Origin: a virus
Taxonomy: Duplodnaviria > Caudoviricetes
Length of the DNA: 64,000 nucleotides
Strand: one strand, 5' to 3'
IMG/VR virus record: IMGVR_UViG_3300032038_000061
Location: 7,259-71,258 of that record
The position numbers were made by a program, and so were the translations under genes. Within the stretch, counting starts at the first letter, position 1. Each line of letters begins with the position of its first letter. Under the pieces are notes generated by a model that ran no database searches, was not told where the DNA came from, and saw nothing but the letters and a program-made list of their open reading frames with translations. Positions 1 to 10,661 of this stretch are shown one piece after another.

Positions 1-314
1 ATACGAGCAAACATCAATCCATTTACCATCGAGCAATATGGAAATGTTGATGTTGAAACATTGAGAATTCTATTTATGTTTTCATCAACAAAATTTATTT
101 TTGAAATGATTGAATAATCATATGGTAATTTTTCCGATTCGATAATGATATCCGAACCGATATTATCAATTTGACCTTGGAACATATCACCGGTTAATCT
201 GTCTTGAATCTGTTTCTTTTTATCAGTTTTCATCAACCAATGTTTTCTTTCTTGCTCAAGTATAAGTGATAAATTATTATATCCAAGCATCCAATATATT
301 TTTTTAGGTAACAT
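1..314 (-). CDS. Hypothetical protein, N-terminal part (runs off window start)
   Basis: AGGAGG SD then ATG at 314; hand translation MLPKKIYWMLGYNNLSLILEQERKHW... stays open to position 1; directly follows the 325..4095 gene. Confidence 0.8.
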   Translation of the reverse strand, partial: MLPKKIYWMLGYNNLSLILEQERKHWLMKTDKKKQIQDRLTGDMFQGQIDNIGSDIIIESEKLPYDYSIISKINFVDENINRILNVSTSTFPYCSMVNGLMFAR

Positions 315-324
315 ATAATTCCTC

Positions 325-3300
325 CTATTTTATAATGATCCATTTTACATTATCATTTTTAATATTTGCAATGTATAAATGCCCATTGAATATCAATAAT
401 GATGAAGATGTTATATCGTTATTGTGTTCATCTGTTATACGAAAACCTTTTAAAGATGAAACATCATAACCTTCTATATCTAATTTGAATATAAAAGTCA
501 ATTCACATTGAATTGTAGATGAATTGATATGAACATATGGATCAAATATTTCTGATGATATTACATTATATCCCCCTACGGGTAAATTATCGTTTACATT
601 ATCTCCAATCTTTTCAAATATGGAAATGTTTGGTTTCTGATAAATCGTTTTTGTAATATTATCAATATCATTTCTATATAAAGAATTGGTCATTATGTAA
701 TTGACCAACATATCTTTGGAATAACTGTAAAATTTATCATCATCTTCATATCTAATGAATCCAGCGTTTCCAAAATTATTTCTTATATATCTGATGAGAT
801 GGGAACGAGTCATATTCTCAAATGTCTCTCTTATTCTGTTAATGTAGTCTAAACCAAATTCATCATAATAATAAACATTTTGTTTTAATATATCATTATT
901 TACAATTTGATTCATTTCATCTTTATCCAATTTTCTATTTAATAAATCTTTGAATGTAAATGTATCTTCATATAGTTTTTTCAACATATCATCACAGATA
1001 ACACTCATTGTGTAAGATTTGTTAAATGTTGGATCATAGATATAAACTGTTGGTTGTTGATTTTTAACAGTCCTATCATATAATCTATCAATTAAAAATC
1101 TATTTGTATAATCATAATATGAAGTCAATGATAGATGATGATATGCAGGTAGAATATAGGATTCTGTGTATGAATGATTCTTAGATGGAATTATTTCATG
1201 CATAATAGTTTGATAGTTCTCATTAATGGTAAATACATAATAAGCATTCTGTTTATTATATGCATTCTGTGACAATAATTGAGAAACATCTTCTGATGAA
1301 TTTATGTCTATATTTAAATCAGTAACATTATACTCTACTTCTTCAATTATGTTTGTTGGTAAACCATATGACCAATAAGGTGTGTTAGTTCTTAAAGGGG
1401 GATTCAAAGTATTGATTAAGAAAACATCTTTAGTATTGAAGATATCCCTATTTGAATATCTATCATATGTGGCGTTATCTTCAATGATTGTCGGTCCTGA
1501 AATTTGATATGATTGATTCCATGTTTGAGTTTCATCATTCAAAGTCCAACTCCACACATTCCCATACACATCCAATTTTAATGCATAAACATCATCAATA
1601 TGATGAATTATTTTTTCTTGAGAATATGATCCAACTGCAACACAGAAACCTTCACCATTACTATTGACATTAACTGTTGATATCGAATATCCTTCTAATG
1701 AATTTAAATTATATACATTAATCAATTTATCAGAATAATCATCATTATCATATTCCCATGAAGTCACACCTCCTGTGAAGATATTTACACTAGTAACCTT
1801 TCCTCTAATACATAATGCCCCAATGAAAAACATAAACGTATCATCAACAGCATAACCATTACCAGATTTCCAATATAATAAATAATCTCTATCAGATACA
1901 TCATAAGTACCTTTCAGGATATTCAAAGATGAATATGGTATGTAAATATCATATTCTACATAATCAGGAAATAGTCTTTTAGTTACATATTCATATGGTA
2001 AAAAAGCATCAAGATCATCATCAACATTGAATACAATCTTATCTTCTAATCTTGCAAGATGTTGCATATATTTTCTACTGAGTAATATATTTAAATCAGT
2101 AGAATCAAAATTCAATTCTGTTCTGATATAATCTTCATCGAATACAAATGTTGGAGCATAATTCTTAATATGTATTAATTGAGAATAATGTGTTGGTATA
2201 TCACATATCCTTGCGAATGTTCTATCAGGTTTTGGATTATCAATCGATTTATTATTCCCATATTCAATTCCATCATTTGAAATAATATAAACTCTTCCAG
2301 TTTCTAAGAATGGATCAAAACCAATCATGTTTAAAGAGAAATAATTTCCTCCATGATAAATGAATTTATGTTCATTTGCATGTTTGGACATTGTTGAATT
2401 ACCAAAATGAGAATTGTTGGAATATGTAATTTCGGATACGATATTGAGTGGAGACATAATATCCCCATAAGTACGATAAGCGAAATCAGTTTGATCATCT
2501 ATATCATATTTGATATTAATATTCAATGAATCATCTAATTCAAGGATTTTATTTTGAGGAATTGCAGAGTCAATAATAACACCAGCAGTTCTACGATCCA
2601 TCGCATTTTGTTTGACATCGTTTAATTTGTCTTTTATTGTATAAGCTTCAACATGAGCTCTATGAACATCATCATCAATCATGTATTTGAAATATGTAGG
2701 TAATCCATCAAAGTCTCCTAAATTATGGATAACTCCATTCTTTTTAGAAACGGCATTGTCAGAATGATCTGAAGTAATGTCCACATGTATTCCTGATACT
2801 GCATCTTGTGTAAAACCTTCATATTCATTTAAATATTTATTATCAAAATGAACCACAAACCCAGGAGTCAATTTAGTACGTTTATTTTGTATGATCCAGT
2901 CTTCTGTATTTAAATGGAATGAAATCAATCCAGTATATGCATAATATGGATTGTTGTAAGTAGTACCATCATAATCGTAATCCCCTATTTCAGGTTTTTT
3001 AAATTTCCATCTGTAAGTTCGGGGAACACCTTCAACATCCATATCTAATGTAAAATTATTCAATGATATTTTTGCATAAGTATTATCATATTTTATGATC
3101 AACTGTTGTACTGGTTCTGTTGAAGGAATTTCATCATCTACACTGAAATCATATACCAATACACGAATCTCTTTGATAGTTGTTGTATAATTATATTCCG
3201 AATTTTGATTTGGTAAGAATCCTTCTTCTGCATATACTTTCACAATGCCACGAAACCAAAAATTCGTTGGACAACTTGCTTTGGTCATCCATGGATATAT

Positions 3301-4095
3301 TAATGCTTGACCGTGTCCATCTGTCCCTATTGTCAAGAATGGATTATTGTCATATGTCGAATGATCAAATGAAGAATCCCAACCAATATATTCATTATGA
3401 AATCCTATATCAGGTAGGTATTTAAATAGATTTATACACATCCATATGAATGGTAAATCACACATTTCATTTGTAATTGGTTTTAATGTCAATATACCTG
3501 TATCATAATCAATACTTTCAATGAAGTCTTGTGTTTCTTTTCCTATATGAAAAAAATAAGTTGTTTGTCCACCGGTTATATCTGTCAATTTCAACGTATG
3601 ATTTTCAACAAAATTATTATCTTGATCTAATATTGTTATTGTCGGTGGAATAGTTGTCTTTACATAAGTATCATCAGAATATACAATTGGATCGCTCCAA
3701 CTATCAGATCGAGGAATACGAATTTTTGTTATTTCACCGAATTGAATTCTCATCTTTCTATTTAATAATGAATCTTTTCTCAATACAGCACATAACATAT
3801 TTTGTTGGTCATATGTGTCAATCAATTCAGTATATTGAATATCAAAATAAAAATCAAAAGTATTCTCGATAGACACATTCTTCAGGGAAGGTTTATCGAG
3901 CAATATCTTTCTTGTTTCTAATAATAATTCAGCACCAAAGTTTTCAACAGTTCCTTCATATTGAGAACCATTGATATCTTCATAACCACAATATTTCTTC
4001 GTATGTAGATCAATTAGGTTTTTCAATAATTGTGTCTTCCTGCGTAATGAGTCAGGACTCATATATGGTGAGAGTTCTTTTGGTGTATTACTCAT
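325..4095 (-). CDS. Large hypothetical protein (1256 aa), probably a virion/tail structural protein
   Basis: Long ORF rich in D/N/Y/I/T; no catalytic motif recognised; structural role inferred from size and composition. Confidence 0.5.
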   Translation of the reverse strand: MSNTPKELSPYMSPDSLRRKTQLLKNLIDLHTKKYCGYEDINGSQYEGTVENFGAELLLETRKILLDKPSLKNVSIENTFDFYFDIQYTELIDTYDQQNMLCAVLRKDSLLNRKMRIQFGEITKIRIPRSDSWSDPIVYSDDTYVKTTIPPTITILDQDNNFVENHTLKLTDITGGQTTYFFHIGKETQDFIESIDYDTGILTLKPITNEMCDLPFIWMCINLFKYLPDIGFHNEYIGWDSSFDHSTYDNNPFLTIGTDGHGQALIYPWMTKASCPTNFWFRGIVKVYAEEGFLPNQNSEYNYTTTIKEIRVLVYDFSVDDEIPSTEPVQQLIIKYDNTYAKISLNNFTLDMDVEGVPRTYRWKFKKPEIGDYDYDGTTYNNPYYAYTGLISFHLNTEDWIIQNKRTKLTPGFVVHFDNKYLNEYEGFTQDAVSGIHVDITSDHSDNAVSKKNGVIHNLGDFDGLPTYFKYMIDDDVHRAHVEAYTIKDKLNDVKQNAMDRRTAGVIIDSAIPQNKILELDDSLNINIKYDIDDQTDFAYRTYGDIMSPLNIVSEITYSNNSHFGNSTMSKHANEHKFIYHGGNYFSLNMIGFDPFLETGRVYIISNDGIEYGNNKSIDNPKPDRTFARICDIPTHYSQLIHIKNYAPTFVFDEDYIRTELNFDSTDLNILLSRKYMQHLARLEDKIVFNVDDDLDAFLPYEYVTKRLFPDYVEYDIYIPYSSLNILKGTYDVSDRDYLLYWKSGNGYAVDDTFMFFIGALCIRGKVTSVNIFTGGVTSWEYDNDDYSDKLINVYNLNSLEGYSISTVNVNSNGEGFCVAVGSYSQEKIIHHIDDVYALKLDVYGNVWSWTLNDETQTWNQSYQISGPTIIEDNATYDRYSNRDIFNTKDVFLINTLNPPLRTNTPYWSYGLPTNIIEEVEYNVTDLNIDINSSEDVSQLLSQNAYNKQNAYYVFTINENYQTIMHEIIPSKNHSYTESYILPAYHHLSLTSYYDYTNRFLIDRLYDRTVKNQQPTVYIYDPTFNKSYTMSVICDDMLKKLYEDTFTFKDLLNRKLDKDEMNQIVNNDILKQNVYYYDEFGLDYINRIRETFENMTRSHLIRYIRNNFGNAGFIRYEDDDKFYSYSKDMLVNYIMTNSLYRNDIDNITKTIYQKPNISIFEKIGDNVNDNLPVGGYNVISSEIFDPYVHINSSTIQCELTFIFKLDIEGYDVSSLKGFRITDEHNNDITSSSLLIFNGHLYIANIKNDNVKWIIIK

Positions 4096-4133
4096 GATAT
4101 CATCTCTCTTTCAATAATATTTTTCAGAATCGT

Positions 4134-4145
4134 ATACACATTATT
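4134..4145 (+). promoter_or_regulatory. Candidate phage promoter motif (ATACACATTATT)
   Basis: Identical 12-mer on the - strand at 29269-29280 upstream of sbcC; followed by an AGTACA/TGTACT hairpin and the SD of the RNAP beta-N gene. Confidence 0.5.
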
Positions 4146-4203
4146 TTTATGACAAGTACAAGAACTTTTCTGTACTTTCAATAAAGAAAAGGAGGGTCTA
4201 AGA

Positions 4204-5847
4204 ATGATAGATCACATTATTAGACGAATGGAAAATCCGTTAGACAATATAACGGTAAACTTAGGTGTTGATGCACCTCTTTGGACATATGTCAAAAAGG
4301 CAGTACGTGAAATTGAGGTTATCAATGTCTTGGGTCTCAATAGGTTGGATGAATATTCCACAGTACCTTTTGTTCATGTTGACAATTGGAATTGGAATCC
4401 TTATCCTGCGGCTGCGGAGATTCAACACCGCAGACGTGAAACAGGTAACAAACTTATGACAAAGACAATTGGAAACTCAAGATTGGGTATTCTTGAATTT
4501 GATATCTTTTATGGTGGAAGAGACAAGAATAAAATGCTTGAAACTGCCGTATCCCACAATAAGATTTATATTCCGATTGAGGATGATCATGGACGTTATC
4601 TATTGGACAATGTGCTCTATTCAGAGTATCAGTTGGTTGACAAACTTCTGTATCCATCAGGAAAAGATTCAATCACATTAAAATCTTTACTTCCGATTGT
4701 AATTAAATATGAAGAAGCCAATGAGACATCTATAGATGGATATATCTATTATTCGAAGATAGGTATGGTGAAGATATTTACAACAATGGAACCGATACTT
4801 TCATGCTTTATGCATATACCATCCCCGTTATCTTATCTCGGGGTTTTTCCAATAATAAGATTCACCGATCATGTTGGAGATGATGGTGAACAGTATCATT
4901 ATTTCCAACCAATACCTGATAGAGCCATTTATATCAAAGGATATAAGAAGGGATTGGAACAGTTTGATTATGTTCGTTCAATACTTGTTATGTGTTGTCA
5001 TCTTATCAGAAAACATCAACCTGAAACACTTGATGAATTGAATGATCCAAAATGGTGGGTTTATCAATTATCATATTATGAAAATACAATCGAACATCGT
5101 GGAGCATGTCATGAAATGCATGTTGCTCGCATGTTGGACACAATATCAGCACAAGTATTGCCAATCCCTGAAGTTGATAAAACCAATATGGTTTCTCTAT
5201 TGAGATATGTACTTCAGACAGAATTTACTGACATCAACATTTATTCTTATGAGAATAAGCGACTTAGACTCAATGAAGTAATATCGACCATAGTAACTGC
5301 TGATGTATCTGATAAATTGAAGAAATTGTTTAGATTTGGTCAGTTGGTTAAATGTAAAGAAATGGAACCTGTGATGAAGTTCCATCCAGATATAATTCTG
5401 AAGAACATGTATAAGTTGGGTACGGTTCATACTGTCGACTTTGCAAATGACTTGGATTATTATCAGTTACTCAGAATGACCAAGAAAGGTCCAAATTCGC
5501 TTGGAAGAATGGATAAACATAAAGTAAACTTTGGACACAAACAACTTCATCCATCCATGATTGGAAGAATTGATATGCTTGAATCATCAAAGGATGTTGG
5601 TCAATCTGGCATGATTTCTCCATGGGCAGATGTTTCTACGTTCTTTGAGATGGATACTAACAAATATCCAAACATTAAATATGACTTGTTTGATTTCATC
5701 AAACATGAATTTCCATTACCTGCAATAACGTTTAACTGTGACAACATTGTTGACTACAATAAGATTCTTGACAAACTTGTTAAATCGGCATATATCAATC
5801 TGGATTATCACATTCAACAAACTTCAGATGATGGAGAGGAAACATGA
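4204..5847 (+). CDS. rpoB: Phage multisubunit RNA polymerase beta subunit, N-terminal half
   Basis: GRYLLDNVLYSEYQLVD and KKGPNSLG...LHPSMIGRIDMLESSKDVGQSGMISP match conserved beta regions (G..iinG...v.Ql; hpshyGriC..e....Gl); split beta is typical of phiKZ/AR9-like phages. Confidence 0.85.
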   Translation: MIDHIIRRMENPLDNITVNLGVDAPLWTYVKKAVREIEVINVLGLNRLDEYSTVPFVHVDNWNWNPYPAAAEIQHRRRETGNKLMTKTIGNSRLGILEFDIFYGGRDKNKMLETAVSHNKIYIPIEDDHGRYLLDNVLYSEYQLVDKLLYPSGKDSITLKSLLPIVIKYEEANETSIDGYIYYSKIGMVKIFTTMEPILSCFMHIPSPLSYLGVFPIIRFTDHVGDDGEQYHYFQPIPDRAIYIKGYKKGLEQFDYVRSILVMCCHLIRKHQPETLDELNDPKWWVYQLSYYENTIEHRGACHEMHVARMLDTISAQVLPIPEVDKTNMVSLLRYVLQTEFTDINIYSYENKRLRLNEVISTIVTADVSDKLKKLFRFGQLVKCKEMEPVMKFHPDIILKNMYKLGTVHTVDFANDLDYYQLLRMTKKGPNSLGRMDKHKVNFGHKQLHPSMIGRIDMLESSKDVGQSGMISPWADVSTFFEMDTNKYPNIKYDLFDFIKHEFPLPAITFNCDNIVDYNKILDKLVKSAYINLDYHIQQTSDDGEET

Positions 5848-6386
5848 AATTTGATTTGACAATGTATAAAGGAAATACCAACACAGAATTACGTGTTACT
5901 TATTCATATAATTATGAACAGTCTGGACAATTTCAGACTGTTCGTATGAAAAGTAATGGTAGTGTTGCGATACTTCCATCATTCGGAATATCTATTTCAG
6001 AAGGATATGAAAGACCATATATATTCATAACATCCAACAAGTATTATCCATTTATTGCATTATTATCACAATCATTGAAACTGATATCTGATAACCTGTA
6101 TGAGATATTCCCTAACATAAATGGAATTGAATTCGAAGTTGATTCCAGAGTAATGGAAAGATTCCAAACAGAAAAAGCAATGTCAACTGCTGGAATGACT
6201 GCAATGCCAGTTGTTTGGACAGATAGTAACAGTGTTTGTTATCCAGCAATAAGAATAACTTCCTTAAAGAATGGGAGTATAACAATTCCATTGGAAGATG
6301 CAAAACCAATAGAGATGATGTTGAAAGGTTTTAATCCTTTCAATTATGGCATATCATTATTGAATTTATTTGACAAATTGAATTGA
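5844..6386 (+). CDS. Hypothetical protein (180 aa), coupled to RNAP beta-N by an ATGA overlap
   Basis: ORF track; start overlaps upstream stop. Confidence 0.75.
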   Translation: MKFDLTMYKGNTNTELRVTYSYNYEQSGQFQTVRMKSNGSVAILPSFGISISEGYERPYIFITSNKYYPFIALLSQSLKLISDNLYEIFPNINGIEFEVDSRVMERFQTEKAMSTAGMTAMPVVWTDSNSVCYPAIRITSLKNGSITIPLEDAKPIEMMLKGFNPFNYGISLLNLFDKLN

Positions 6387-6387
6387 G

Positions 6388-6413
6388 TATTGGAGGGCAT
6401 ATGCCCTCCAATA
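6388..6413. terminator. Perfect 26-bp palindrome TATTGGAGGGCATATGCCCTCCAATA, likely bidirectional terminator
   Basis: Lies between convergent genes; followed by a T-tract. Confidence 0.8.
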
Positions 6414-6419
6414 TTTTTT

Positions 6420-8279
6420 TTATAGTGAGCCTACACGTGATCCTTTGTTAACCAAGCTAGCCATGTCAGATAGTAATGTACTACCGATATTATACATCAT
6501 ATTCTTAGGATTAACTGCAGAAGCAGCTAATGCCAAACGAGTTATTGTACGCATGCTTCCATTAACACGGTATTTATCGACACCTGACAATTGAGCAATA
6601 TAATCAAACATCGGTTTATTGTTTAACATTACTGATGGTTGATCCATTGGTGACGTACCTAAAGCATGTTGTAAGTCTGCGACTGTTATTGATATATCCA
6701 TTGATAATGGATATCCATGAACAGATAAATCTTTACCTTGCGGATTCTTGTTAACAGTTACTGAAGTTACCATTCCTAAACGAGTCCCCCATATACCTGG
6801 GATATGACATTGAATAACAGGTGGATATGTATATGCTCCAGCACTGTTCTTTGACATCTGTGGTAATGCCATTCCTAATATAAAGAATAAAGGAACAAGT
6901 TCATCTGTTAAATATGAATAAGGATCACCACCAGATGCAACCAGATGAACTGTTAAAGTCAATGATTGAGTTGATGAATGACTTTTGAATATATCTGGAT
7001 ATATTGTATGGTCACCCGTAAATGAACGTGACATTGCAGATGCAATCGCTGCGGTAAATTTACCTTCTCCTGATTGAAGAGTTGTTAATACTTCTTCAGC
7101 AGCCACTCTAGATTCGGTTGCTAAATCGATCATTTTATCATTAATCATTCCTGATGATGCTGATGCTATAAATGCAATTTCACTACCTACTTCATTACCT
7201 TTACTGATGACATTGCTGTATATCTGTGATGCTCCAACTTCGTTTGTATAAGATTCGCTTAAACCATTCGCATCAACCATAAATGATACATATTGAGAAT
7301 TATCACCGTTTGCAGTATCTAATGCGGTTACTGTACCTAAATTCGATACAGGAGTGATATATCTGTAATTTGCCCATACATCACTTTCTTTATTTACTTT
7401 TGCATCCATCCCGATTGGATAATAATAATCACCGACACGAACACATGCACGTTGTAATCCCAACATAATTACAGCTGTATTTATCATCATCTTGACATTG
7501 TTGATATAACTATGCCAATTTGATTCAAACTCATAAAAGTTTTTATTAACAGACATAGATGTTAGGAATGCTGCAGATATTCCTGCTAAACCACCTAAAG
7601 CACCAGATAATTTATCTCCGATTGTTGTAGCTTCTGAATATTTTGTTATATCAGCAACTGTCATATCATCGTCAATCTCAGATGTTAAATAGGATAATGA
7701 TTTTCCTAATCTTAATATACCATCACCGGTTTCTGTAACATCTTCTGATAAAGATTTTTCAAATGTATCTTTATTTGCCATTGAATGAATTTCATTTGCT
7801 ATATTCTGATTATTGGATGATACATTGTTTCCATCTGAGTCGAATATATCATATTTAGATAAAGCAGCTCCATAATAATAAGCTTCATATATCAAGTTTG
7901 TTAAACTCGAAACACCTCCCATGAATCTTGCTTTACCAACAACAAAATTTGCGACTTGAGCTTCGCGTAATATCTTAGTTAAATAGAAATCACCAACAGG
8001 ACCTGGGTTAGTTCCGTTTGAACTTATAAGCCTCATATCACAAGCATGTGTTAATTGAGGAGGTGCACCAAATAAACGAGGCGAATATAGATTCAATAAC
8101 GGGGAAGCTTGTTCTGCAGAAACAAAATCTTTGTTATTTGTTTGAGCACCAACACCCGGAAGAATGTATGCTGTTTGTAATCTGTCATATCCATCAACCG
8201 CTTCATTTGCCATGTCTTGTAAAGTATCTTGAGTATCAGCATTATCAAGTTCTTCATCTATAACTGCCATAAATATCAC
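6420..8279 (-). CDS. Probable baseplate/tail-tube junction protein (T4 gp48/gp54-like fold)
   Basis: C-terminal PPVIQCHIPGIWGTRLGMVTSVTVNK...GYPLSMDISITVADL resembles tube-initiator proteins; true start probably ATG at 8270. Confidence 0.4.
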   Translation of the reverse strand: MIFMAVIDEELDNADTQDTLQDMANEAVDGYDRLQTAYILPGVGAQTNNKDFVSAEQASPLLNLYSPRLFGAPPQLTHACDMRLISSNGTNPGPVGDFYLTKILREAQVANFVVGKARFMGGVSSLTNLIYEAYYYGAALSKYDIFDSDGNNVSSNNQNIANEIHSMANKDTFEKSLSEDVTETGDGILRLGKSLSYLTSEIDDDMTVADITKYSEATTIGDKLSGALGGLAGISAAFLTSMSVNKNFYEFESNWHSYINNVKMMINTAVIMLGLQRACVRVGDYYYPIGMDAKVNKESDVWANYRYITPVSNLGTVTALDTANGDNSQYVSFMVDANGLSESYTNEVGASQIYSNVISKGNEVGSEIAFIASASSGMINDKMIDLATESRVAAEEVLTTLQSGEGKFTAAIASAMSRSFTGDHTIYPDIFKSHSSTQSLTLTVHLVASGGDPYSYLTDELVPLFFILGMALPQMSKNSAGAYTYPPVIQCHIPGIWGTRLGMVTSVTVNKNPQGKDLSVHGYPLSMDISITVADLQHALGTSPMDQPSVMLNNKPMFDYIAQLSGVDKYRVNGSMRTITRLALAASAVNPKNMMYNIGSTLLSDMASLVNKGSRVGSL

Positions 8280-8328
8280 AATCCTTTCATTACAAAATAA
8301 TTAATTTAAATTATCTGGAGGTCTTAAT

Positions 8329-9102
8329 ATGATAATACAAGCAATTGATAAAATTAATGTCGAGAACGATTCATTCGTTAAATTATTACTACATAACTCG
8401 GTGATGAATGATTATGTGTTTGAAAGATCATTCTTCATAATACATCTTATTCCTGATGATATAACAGATGTTCTGTATCGTAGATTGTACGAAGATTGTT
8501 ATTACAGAATGATTGATAAATCTGGATATAAAAAAGGTGTTTTTTATCTGAACATGACTGTTTCAGAAGCAATCGGTTTCATCAGAAGAGTGACACCGCC
8601 TATATTACAGGATAAAATCCCTGAAGCAATAAGGACTGTTGAAAGTATCTACGATCTCCTTAGATTGTTTTTAATGGAAGATAACAAAGACGGTCAACAT
8701 CAATACTATCTGTCTGAATTCAAAAGGTATATGTATTTAAATGAATATCCAACACAAACAAATTACAACACTGATAGAACATCTCTTCTGAGAATGAATA
8801 ATAAAGATGGAATAACAACTGATGTTGAAATATATTCTCCTTTGGTTGACGGATTCTTCTCAGGAAATATTGATAATGATAAATCATTTGATGTGCAGAT
8901 AATGTTTCATTTTAAAAACAAAAACCAAATTAAAGAAGTTTGTGAAAACGTATTACAACAATTCAAAACAAACAAAGTTCTCAATGTATTTTCAGATAAT
9001 GAGAATGGTTATTATTTGGAGATGTATTTTGAAAATTTTAATGCATCAATATATAAATGGATTATGGATTTGATAAAATTTAATTATAAAGATATAATAT
9101 AA
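8329..9102 (+). CDS. Hypothetical protein (257 aa)
   Basis: ORF with GGAGG SD. Confidence 0.75.
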   Translation: MIIQAIDKINVENDSFVKLLLHNSVMNDYVFERSFFIIHLIPDDITDVLYRRLYEDCYYRMIDKSGYKKGVFYLNMTVSEAIGFIRRVTPPILQDKIPEAIRTVESIYDLLRLFLMEDNKDGQHQYYLSEFKRYMYLNEYPTQTNYNTDRTSLLRMNNKDGITTDVEIYSPLVDGFFSGNIDNDKSFDVQIMFHFKNKNQIKEVCENVLQQFKTNKVLNVFSDNENGYYLEMYFENFNASIYKWIMDLIKFNYKDII

Positions 9103-9109
9103 TGATTAT

Positions 9110-9127
9110 GAGGGGCATATGCCCCTC
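9110..9127 (+). terminator. Palindrome GAGGGGCATATGCCCCTC followed by a T-tract
   Basis: Directly after the 9102 stop; T-rich tail. Confidence 0.8.
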
Positions 9128-9303
9128 TTTATTTTTTTTCTTTTTCATATAAATATTCTTTAATTGATGGAGGATATAGATAATGATTATATAAAATAAT
9201 ATTTTATATTTTAAGATATATATCTTTTATTTGATGAATAGATGAGTAGTGTCGCGAGTTACTCATCTGATATCGAAAATAATAATGAAAAGGAGAAATT
9301 AAA

Positions 9304-10539
9304 ATGATTGGAACAGGATTACAGATAGCAGTAGCTCTTGGAACAACTTTGGTCGGTGTTCTCACAGCAATTGTAGGAAGCAATAATAACAATCAACAGA
9401 ATATGGATGCTTATAATATGAATCAGTATTATCGTCCATCACAGTATGAAACACCGATAGTTCCACAGAAACCTGCATATGAACCATTCAAATATGAACC
9501 AATAACAGTAAGACGTCTTCAGGCTGAACCAATACCAAAGTATTGGGATATTCCAGTTTCAGAAGAATCAAAACACAGATGGGAGATTGGTCCAGATGAT
9601 GGTTTATCAGCATCACGTAGAAACCTTATACGTAGCAGACTTCAGAGATCAGTAGCTCCACAGCAGCCAGTTCAACCCACAATAGTTCCGTTAACACCAC
9701 CACAACCAGTTCAGCAGACAACACAGTATGGCTATGGTTATAGTGAACCATCAATACCCACACCTCAAGCTGTAAATGTTCAGCCACAGGCTCCTGTACA
9801 GGTTGATTCAAGAAGATTTTCTCACACAGTAAATCCAACTTATACAACATTTGAAATGCACAATAGACCTTTCCAGGCTCCTATGATGCAACAGGCAATA
9901 CAGAATCCTTATAATTTATATGCAAATCCAATGACAAATAATATGACACAGTATCAGTCAAGAAGACAGATGTTTGAATCTGGTAATGTAAACGGTTCTT
10001 TCCAAACACCAAACTTCAATAACAACAATATTCCTTCACCATATCCATATGGCTATGGTGAAACAAACAACATGGGTTATCCTTCTCAGAACATGAATTA
10101 TCAGCAGAATCAAATGAATTATAAGATATTCAATAATAATGCTGATGAAAGTAGGCTTAATAATTGGACGATGATGGATAGTGGTCCGGTTGGATATAAT
10201 GCATATAATAGTGGTTTCCCGGGGAGCTCAAGTCCTCCAAATCCAAATATACAAATGCATCGATTCAATCAACCTTCACCCCAACCCATGTATCAACAAC
10301 AACCAATGCCTCAACAATCACAATATGGTCAACAATTGGACCAACCTATGGGAGATATACTAAAATGGAAAGACCTAGTAGATTCTCCCGTCTCGACAAA
10401 GTTCTCAACGTCACAAAAGCCATCGTCAACGGACTCAATGCAATATCAAGGATCGTGGCATAAACCGGGATATGTCAATGAACTTGGAGAAGTACCGATG
10501 TTTGTGTTAGATGATGGAACCCCTTTATTTAGTAAATAA
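9304..10539 (+). CDS. Q/P/N/Y/M-rich low-complexity (prion-like) protein with an N-terminal hydrophobic helix
   Basis: N-terminus MIGTGLQIAVALGTTLVGVLTAIVGS; the rest is dominated by Q,P,N,S,Y,G,M; contains ASRR, DSRR, QSRR and YGYG; AAGGAG SD. Confidence 0.8.
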   Translation: MIGTGLQIAVALGTTLVGVLTAIVGSNNNNQQNMDAYNMNQYYRPSQYETPIVPQKPAYEPFKYEPITVRRLQAEPIPKYWDIPVSEESKHRWEIGPDDGLSASRRNLIRSRLQRSVAPQQPVQPTIVPLTPPQPVQQTTQYGYGYSEPSIPTPQAVNVQPQAPVQVDSRRFSHTVNPTYTTFEMHNRPFQAPMMQQAIQNPYNLYANPMTNNMTQYQSRRQMFESGNVNGSFQTPNFNNNNIPSPYPYGYGETNNMGYPSQNMNYQQNQMNYKIFNNNADESRLNNWTMMDSGPVGYNAYNSGFPGSSSPPNPNIQMHRFNQPSPQPMYQQQPMPQQSQYGQQLDQPMGDILKWKDLVDSPVSTKFSTSQKPSSTDSMQYQGSWHKPGYVNELGEVPMFVLDDGTPLFSK

Positions 10540-10562
10540 TTAAATCATGGAGGTGAACCGAT

Positions 10563-10601
10563 ATGTATTTATGCCGTAGATATATGTCACATTATCCTTA
10601 G
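10563..10601 (+). CDS. Candidate 12-aa upstream peptide MYLCRRYMSHYP
   Basis: GGAGGTG SD at 10549-10555 with ATG 7 nt later; overlaps a TCACATTATCC/GGATTAATGTGA stem. Confidence 0.35.
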   Translation: MYLCRRYMSHYP

Positions 10602-10661
10602 CTGAAATATCGTGTTTTGGATTAATGTGATAAAATATATTATTTAAAGGAGGAACTCATA

